NCBI GenBank assembly: GCA_035295045.1
Contig: DATGJU010000429.1
Span: forward strand, 1-39,629
Length of the DNA: 39,629 nucleotides
DNA from: Chthonomonadaceae bacterium
GTDB taxonomy: Bacteria; Armatimonadota; Chthonomonadetes; Chthonomonadales; Chthonomonadaceae
Direction: 5' to 3'
Shown here one piece after another: positions 34,880-39,629 of this stretch. The notes beneath the pieces were generated by a model. The model was given only the letters and a program-made list of their open reading frames with translations. It was not told the origin of the DNA and did no database searches. How positions within the stretch are numbered: position 1 is the stretch's first letter; the number at the start of each line of letters is the position of its first letter. The position numbers were made by a program, and so were the translations under genes.

Positions 34880-36913
34880 ATGCGCATAGAACGCTGGTTC
34901 TGGCTGCCCATATTCAGCGTCCTCTCGCTCATACTGCATTTCTCGGTGGTATTCGTTACGCGCGGCCTGGGCCTTGGGGGACCGATGCGGACGCCGGAAG
35001 CGCCGAGCATCGAGGTAACGTTCGAGGCGCCGGCGACGCCTCCGCAGCCAAAGCGTATTGAGCCGTCGCCGAAGCCGAAGCGCGAGCCTGTTCACGCTCC
35101 GCGACTCGCGGTCCACACGACTCCGGCGCCCGTGCCCGCGCGCCACGAGATCACACACGCCGTGGTCCACGCGGCGCGAAGCCATCCGGTCGCCGCGGCG
35201 CTGCCTGCGCGCGTGAGTCACGAGTCGCCCGCGCCGAGAGAGGCGCGAGTCGCCCCCGTCCGCCGCGCCTCGGCGCCTGCGGTGGCCGCGAGCGACTCCG
35301 CCAGCCCGTCCCGTCCCGTCACGCGCGCCTCGGAGACTACGCCGGACTCCCCGCGAAATGAGGTGCGCTATCCCGCGGCCGAGAACGTAAGCCTTACCGA
35401 CATTCGCCGGCCGGCTGGCGGCGGCTCCGTAATGCACGACCGCGCCGCGAATCCGCTGGGCGACGGCATGCCGAACGATGCTCCCGAGATGGGCGTTCGC
35501 ACTACCATCGTAACTGCCGCGAGGATCAAGAAGAATAAGCGGGACCTGCGGCTGGCCGCGGGCTCCGCCAGGCAGGAGTCGACGACGCGCGCAAGCGAGA
35601 TTTCCGCGGATAGCCCGAGCAATGACGTGGCATACGCGTCCGGTGGAAGCGGCGGCCCGGCAGCGGATACGGGTCCCCACGACTCGGCGGCCAATGCGTC
35701 GGTGCTCCACGTCACCAGCGATAACCCGCTAGGCGACGCGATCCCGGACGATCGACCGGGCGGCGGGGCCGTGGCCTCGGCCGCGCCCATGGCGGGGATA
35801 CATCGCGGCGGCTCCGGCGGTGGCCCGATCGTCGGCTCCGGCGTCCCCGGGCCATCAAACGTTCGCGGCCGTGCGGGCTTCTACGCGCCGGATTCGCCCG
35901 CCGGCAACGGCGGCTACGGCGGCAGCGGCGGACCGGCCGTCGCGAGCGACGGGCCGGCGCCCGGAGGCGCTGGGCGCGGCAGAGCGTTCCATGGGCCGGG
36001 CAGCAACCCGCTCGGCGACGCCGTTCCCGAAGATAAGCCCGGCGCGGGGCCGGGTTCGGGCGGCGGACTAGGCGGCCCGGGGGCGGGCCAGGCGCTTGCC
36101 GGCCTTCGACGCGGCGGCGCGCCCAGGCTGGGAGCGGCGGCGCCCCACCCGGAGTTGAGAGGGCGCGGCGGCGGCGGCGCGCCGAACCGCGGACCGGACC
36201 GGCCCGGCGTCCAGACTGTAGCCTCCAATGCCCGCGTGCAGGACTCCGGCGACAGCGATCCGCCGCCGACCCATCATACGGCATCGGCTACGAAGATCAA
36301 CAACGTCGGCAGGATACTGCGCGATGCGATTGGAGCGCCGGGGCGGGGCGCCTTGTTCGAGCTGCGGCCCACCAACGGCAGTGACACGCCGGTTCACATC
36401 GTCTACGCGATGGACACGTCGAAGAGCATGGCGGACGGGGCGAAGATCCTGAAGGCGAAGGAGGCGCTGAAGAAGGCGCTTGGGGAGCTTCGGCCGACCG
36501 ATACCTTCAATATCATCACCTTCACGCGCGAGACGGCGCTCTTCCAGGACGACGCCGTACCGGCAACTTCGGACAACATCACCTACGCGCGCAACTACGT
36601 CGACGACATACGCCTCGGCCCAGGTACCAACATCTCCGGCGCCATGGAGCTCGCCCTCCGAATGCGCGGCGTAACGCACATCATGGTTATGTCGGACGGA
36701 GAGCCGAACGGCGGGATCGAGGACTTCGCCAAGCTGCGCAGGTTCATCCGTGAGCACAACACCCACAACGTCAACATCACGACCTTCGCGTTGGGCCTTG
36801 GCGAGAAGTTCCCCGGAATGAAGCTCCTGAAGGCGGTTGCGGACGAGAACGGCGGCACCTACGACTACGTCAACATGAACAAGATATCGAGGCCGCCCGG
36901 CGTGATCCAGTAG
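34880..36913 (+). CDS. Membrane-anchored von Willebrand factor A (vWA) protein with TonB-like N-terminal anchor, Pro-rich spacer and three degenerate internal repeats
   Basis: SD GAGGAAA before the ATG. TM helix WFWLPIFSVLSLILHFSVVFV. Pro/Lys/Glu spacer PATPPQPKRIEPSPKPKREP. Repeats are marked by NPLGD at nt 35450, 35723 and 36005. vWA domain ~nt 36392-36874 with MIDAS motif DTSKSM (36413-36427) and later MSDGEPN. Confidence 0.9.
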   Translation: MRIERWFWLPIFSVLSLILHFSVVFVTRGLGLGGPMRTPEAPSIEVTFEAPATPPQPKRIEPSPKPKREPVHAPRLAVHTTPAPVPARHEITHAVVHAARSHPVAAALPARVSHESPAPREARVAPVRRASAPAVAASDSASPSRPVTRASETTPDSPRNEVRYPAAENVSLTDIRRPAGGGSVMHDRAANPLGDGMPNDAPEMGVRTTIVTAARIKKNKRDLRLAAGSARQESTTRASEISADSPSNDVAYASGGSGGPAADTGPHDSAANASVLHVTSDNPLGDAIPDDRPGGGAVASAAPMAGIHRGGSGGGPIVGSGVPGPSNVRGRAGFYAPDSPAGNGGYGGSGGPAVASDGPAPGGAGRGRAFHGPGSNPLGDAVPEDKPGAGPGSGGGLGGPGAGQALAGLRRGGAPRLGAAAPHPELRGRGGGGAPNRGPDRPGVQTVASNARVQDSGDSDPPPTHHTASATKINNVGRILRDAIGAPGRGALFELRPTNGSDTPVHIVYAMDTSKSMADGAKILKAKEALKKALGELRPTDTFNIITFTRETALFQDDAVPATSDNITYARNYVDDIRLGPGTNISGAMELALRMRGVTHIMVMSDGEPNGGIEDFAKLRRFIREHNTHNVNITTFALGLGEKFPGMKLLKAVADENGGTYDYVNMNKISRPPGVIQ

Positions 36914-36937
36914 GGCGCAAGCGCTTCACAACTGCAA

Positions 36938-36970
36938 TAGGCCGGACGGCATTCGCCGTCCGGCCTATTT
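36938..36970. terminator. Rho-independent terminator candidate shared by the vWA gene and the convergent tRNA
   Basis: TAGGCCGGACGGC-ATTC-GCCGTCCGGCCTA (13-bp perfect stem), followed by TTT on the + strand. Confidence 0.65.
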
Positions 36971-37002
36971 AGCGTCTGCTGTTCGGTTCGAGGGGAATGA
37001 GA

Positions 37003-37075
37003 TGCCGCCTACCGGACTTGAACCAGTGACACGTGGATTTTCAGTCCACTGCTCTACCAACTGAGCTAAGGCGGC
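37003..37075 (-). tRNA. tRNA-Phe (anticodon GAA)
   Basis: The reverse complement GCCGCCTTAGCTCAGTTGGTAGAGCAGTGGACTGAAAATCCACGTGTCACTGGTTCAAGTCCGGTAGGCGGCA folds as a cloverleaf: acceptor GCCGCCT/AGGCGGC, D arm GCTC/GAGC, anticodon stem GTGGA/TCCAC with loop CTGAAAA, T arm ACTGG/CCGGT with loop TTCAAGT. CCA is not encoded. Confidence 0.95.
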
Positions 37076-37113
37076 TTGAAGCGAGGATATTGTACCGGCA
37101 GGACCGTCCTTTG

Positions 37114-37524
37114 TCAAGCAGGCTCGAACGGCCCGGCCAGATACCGCGCCAGGAGTTCGGCGGCGCGCGACCGCGCTTCGCGCTCAGCGGGAATGCGCAG
37201 ATATCCCAGGCGCGCGAAGTCGATCAAATAGCGAACCGGAAACGACAAGGGGCCGCGCCGGAACTGACCCACGTGTACAAGCTCGTGTAGCAGCAGCTCA
37301 ATACTTTCCGGCCGCTGCGGGTCGATCTCGCAGCATCCGCGCTTGAGGTAGACCGTGTTCCAGAGCGTGAGACCCTGCACGTTCCGCAGGAATCCGGGCG
37401 CCCATGTGAACGGCAGCCGATCGCAACACCGGAGACGAACACCGCGCATGCCGCCAAGTTCCGGCATGTTGAAATCGATCCAGTGCGCGAGCCCTGCCGG
37501 CAGAATCACCCCGTTTGCAGCCAT
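37114..37524 (-). CDS. DUF4157-like putative zinc metallopeptidase (HExxH) protein
   Basis: 136 aa with ELLLHELVHVGQFRRG, matching the HEL-x-HV-x-Q signature of DUF4157. No signal peptide. Confidence 0.75.
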   Translation of the reverse strand: MAANGVILPAGLAHWIDFNMPELGGMRGVRLRCCDRLPFTWAPGFLRNVQGLTLWNTVYLKRGCCEIDPQRPESIELLLHELVHVGQFRRGPLSFPVRYLIDFARLGYLRIPAEREARSRAAELLARYLAGPFEPA

Positions 37525-37630
37525 ACAGATAGCCTACGCCGATTCCGCGGAACCGTTCCGCCGGCACGGCCCGCCCCCGACCGCAAGTGTCAGGATCTTG
37601 GCCACGCCGTCATCCCACCTAGATAACATG

Positions 37631-37659
37631 TTGACAGTATAACGTAATCATGTTATAGT
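37631..37659 (+). promoter_or_regulatory. Near-consensus sigma70 promoter
   Basis: TTGACA (37631-37636), 17-nt spacer, TATAGT (37654-37659), in an AT-rich gap ~80 nt upstream of the receiver gene. The -35 is part of an 8-bp inverted repeat, TTGACAGT (37631-37638) / ACTGTCAA (37672-37679). Confidence 0.6.
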
Positions 37660-37737
37660 AATTACAGTGCAACTGTCAATATTGCACCCTGCGAGTCGAG
37701 TGCGGGTGCGCATGGCACCGGAAAGGCGCGCAAAGGC

Positions 37738-38139
37738 ATGGCCAAGACAATTCTGACGGTGGATGACGAGCGGAGTATCGTTCGCCTGGTCCAGGTGAAT
37801 CTGGAGCGGCAGGGGTACAATGTGCTGACGGCATTCGACGGGCGCGACGCGCTGGAAAAGATCGCGAGCAGCCGGCCGGACATGGTGATTTGCGACGTGA
37901 TGATGCCCTACATGGACGGACTCGAAGTGCTTCGCCAGGTGCGTCTGAACGAGGACACGCGCGACCTGCCGGTCATTATGCTGACAGCCAAAGCGATGGA
38001 CCACGACGTGTTCGAGGGCTACGTCCGCGGCGCCACCTGCTACCTCACCAAGCCGTTCAGCCCTCCCGAGCTGATCAGCTTCGTGAAGCGAATCTTCGCT
38101 GCCGAAGAGGAGGGGGATTCGGGTCGCTACGTGCTCTAG
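37738..38139 (+). CDS. Stand-alone response-regulator receiver (CheY-like)
   Basis: MAKTILTVDDERSIVRLV..., acceptor context DMVICDVMMPYMDGLEV, VIMLTAK, YLTKPF. Confidence 0.9.
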   Translation: MAKTILTVDDERSIVRLVQVNLERQGYNVLTAFDGRDALEKIASSRPDMVICDVMMPYMDGLEVLRQVRLNEDTRDLPVIMLTAKAMDHDVFEGYVRGATCYLTKPFSPPELISFVKRIFAAEEEGDSGRYVL

Positions 38140-38196
38140 CGCCGGCCGCAATGTAGGCCGTGCTGCCGGTGGAGCGTCGAGCGGTCCGTGCGAGTT

Positions 38197-38829
38197 ATGG
38201 ACGAAGAGCGATTCTCCATCGGCGAGCTTGCGACTGCCGCCGCAACCACGCCGCGCACCATCCGGTTCTACACGACGGAGGGGCTGCTGCCGCCGCCGCT
38301 GACCGAGGGCCGCAACGCCATCTATTCGCAGGCGCACCGGCGGCGCCTGCGCCTCATCCAGCGCCTGAAGGCCGCCTTCCTGCCGCTCTCCGCCATTAAG
38401 GACCAGATGGCCGGCCTTACCGACAGTCAGGTCGAGGGCCTGCTGGAGCGCGCGGGGCCTCACCGCGTCGAGAACACCGGTCCGCCGCACGTCCCCCGGG
38501 CGGTTCGGCCGCCCGCGGGGCCGGAATCGGACGCGGTGGCATACGTCGCGCAGGTGCTGGCGGTCGCGGAGCAGGCGCCGCCGGTCGCGGATGCGCGCGC
38601 CGAGGCGAAGCGCGTGCTCCTGATCAGTCCCGCGCTCCGCGCCAATGGCGACAGCGACGGTGTCAGCGCCGATCCCGCGCCGCTCATCCGTTCCGACCGC
38701 TGGGAGCGCATCGCCCTGGCGCCCGGCATCGAGCTTCACGTCCGCGAGGACCTGTCGCCGGAGCGGCGCGCCGGCCTTTACCAGCTCGTTCAGCTTGCGC
38801 GCCTCGTCCTGCCGGAGTCGGCCGAGTGA
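38197..38829 (+). CDS. MerR family transcriptional regulator
   Basis: MDEERFSIGELATAAATTPRTIRFYTTEGLLPPP...YSQAHRRRLRLIQRLK is a MerR-type HTH plus coiled coil. The track start GTG 38188 is an alternative. Confidence 0.85.
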   Translation: MDEERFSIGELATAAATTPRTIRFYTTEGLLPPPLTEGRNAIYSQAHRRRLRLIQRLKAAFLPLSAIKDQMAGLTDSQVEGLLERAGPHRVENTGPPHVPRAVRPPAGPESDAVAYVAQVLAVAEQAPPVADARAEAKRVLLISPALRANGDSDGVSADPAPLIRSDRWERIALAPGIELHVREDLSPERRAGLYQLVQLARLVLPESAE

Positions 38830-39560
38830 TCGTTCCGCATCGCCACCCGTGCAGCTTCCGGCTCGTCCGAACGCTCGACCGCGGCTGGGGCGAGCTGGCC
38901 TGCGAGTACGCCTGGGAGATGGCCGCCGCGCAGCCTTGCGCCGCCAGCCGCGCGACGCTCGGCGCGTCAAACGTCGAGCCGGCCCGCTGCGCGATAAGCG
39001 GCCCCTTCATTAACGCGGCTCACCGCGTGCAGCACGGTCAGGGGTGGCACGATTCGAGTGCGCCAGCCTTCTGCTTCCTCTTCGAGCACACCGTCTACGA
39101 CTGCGCCGATTCCGCGATGGACGGCAGCTGGCTCCTGCCGCCCGATCCGCCCTTCCGAGGCTGGCGGCTGCGGAATCCGACCGATGGCCGCACCGGACCA
39201 GTCGGGCTCGAGCGATTCGACGCCGCGATCGGGCACGCCTGGGACCGGCACAAACTGGCCGGTCCGCTCGTCGGGGAGGGCCTGCGCGAGGCAGTCACTA
39301 TCCGCGCTACGCAGCAGTACCGATTCCACTGCGAGATTTGCGGCGCGGACTCGCCCATCGCCGGGCCGGCGGCCGGCCCGCACCAGATCGTCCGAACCCT
39401 GCGGCCCGTCGCCGGCGCGGACGGTCGCTCGCGGTTCGACATCGAGAAGCACGGCGTCACAGCGTGGATCGAATTCGCCGGCGGGCGATACGTCGCGGAC
39501 AGCGTGGGAATTGGATTCGGCCCGGCCTGGTGCGCCGCCGGCCCGGAATCCGATGCGTAA
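38826..39560 (+). CDS. Hypothetical protein (244 aa)
   Basis: GTG start overlaps the MerR stop (GTGA). More protein-like composition (Trp/Phe/His/Cys, e.g. YRFHCEICGADSP, VTAWIEFAGGRYV) than the antisense ORF 38967..39626. No family recognised. Confidence 0.5.
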   Translation: MIVPHRHPCSFRLVRTLDRGWGELACEYAWEMAAAQPCAASRATLGASNVEPARCAISGPFINAAHRVQHGQGWHDSSAPAFCFLFEHTVYDCADSAMDGSWLLPPDPPFRGWRLRNPTDGRTGPVGLERFDAAIGHAWDRHKLAGPLVGEGLREAVTIRATQQYRFHCEICGADSPIAGPAAGPHQIVRTLRPVAGADGRSRFDIEKHGVTAWIEFAGGRYVADSVGIGFGPAWCAAGPESDA

Positions 39561-39629
39561 GCGGGTCGCCGCCGTCGCGCTGATCGGAGTCGTTCCGCTC
39601 ACGCTCTTCGTGCAGTGGAGCGACATGGT
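39553..39629 (+). CDS. Start of a membrane or secreted protein, truncated by the window end
   Basis: ATG 39553 overlaps the upstream stop. MRKRVAAVALIGVVPLTLFVQWSDM... is a basic N-terminus followed by a hydrophobic stretch. Confidence 0.3.
   Translation, partial: MRKRVAAVALIGVVPLTLFVQWSDM

Noticed and set aside
34742-35710. 322-aa - strand ORF overlapping the vWA gene start
   Set aside because: It is antisense to the TM and Pro-rich region of the vWA protein. Only its last 34 codons (34742-34846) lie in intergenic DNA, and these are noted separately as a weak small-ORF candidate.
21662-37075. tRNA-Phe-bounded genomic island carrying the caspase locus
   Set aside because: The tRNA 3' end does face the locus. 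However, I found no integrase, no recombinase and no direct repeat of the tRNA 3' end by eye, and GC content looks similar to the flanks. A genome-wide att-repeat search would be needed.
37648-38970. 440-aa - strand ORF
   Set aside because: It is antisense to the receiver and MerR genes, which have canonical motifs. Its composition is Arg-rich.

Overview
GC-rich bacterial chromosomal segment (about two-thirds G+C by eye, not computed). I call about 30 protein genes, two decayed toxin-antitoxin genes and one tRNA-Phe(GAA). I saw no rRNA, CRISPR array, transposase or integrase. Most long ORFs in the track are Arg/Ala/Pro/Gly-rich antisense or off-frame artefacts of the high GC content. I kept only ORFs with recognisable motifs, signal peptides or good Shine-Dalgarno sites. 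Left third (1-10.3 kb): secreted glycan-degradation-style genes, namely a CE15-like esterase, two PhyH-type Fe/2OG dioxygenases (one fused to HEAT repeats), a formylglycine-type sulfatase with a PA14 domain, two secreted orphans and a dead VapBC pair. Middle (10.4-21.3 kb): a 949-aa Ser/Thr-kinase/STAND-ATPase/TPR protein; an ABC ATPase plus two ABC-2 permeases split by a 3 x ~53-bp tandem repeat; a GNAT/GAF-GAF histidine kinase/receiver operon; and small membrane proteins. Right part (21.7-36.9 kb) is the most unusual region. It holds three caspase-fold (peptidase C14) proteins with intact His/Cys dyads, and all three carry export signals. Two are Tat-signal caspase-DUF4384 paralogues arranged head to head. 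The third is a 1658-aa Sec-signal TPR/WD40/C-terminal-caspase giant. An output-less CHASE2 membrane protein, a translationally coupled secreted partner and a membrane-anchored vWA protein with three internal repeats sit among them. I propose this as an envelope-located caspase module that matches no described system I know of. The window ends with tRNA-Phe, a DUF4157-like HExxH protein, and a receiver/MerR/unknown operon behind a near-consensus promoter. All domain calls come from motif reading by eye; no searches were run.
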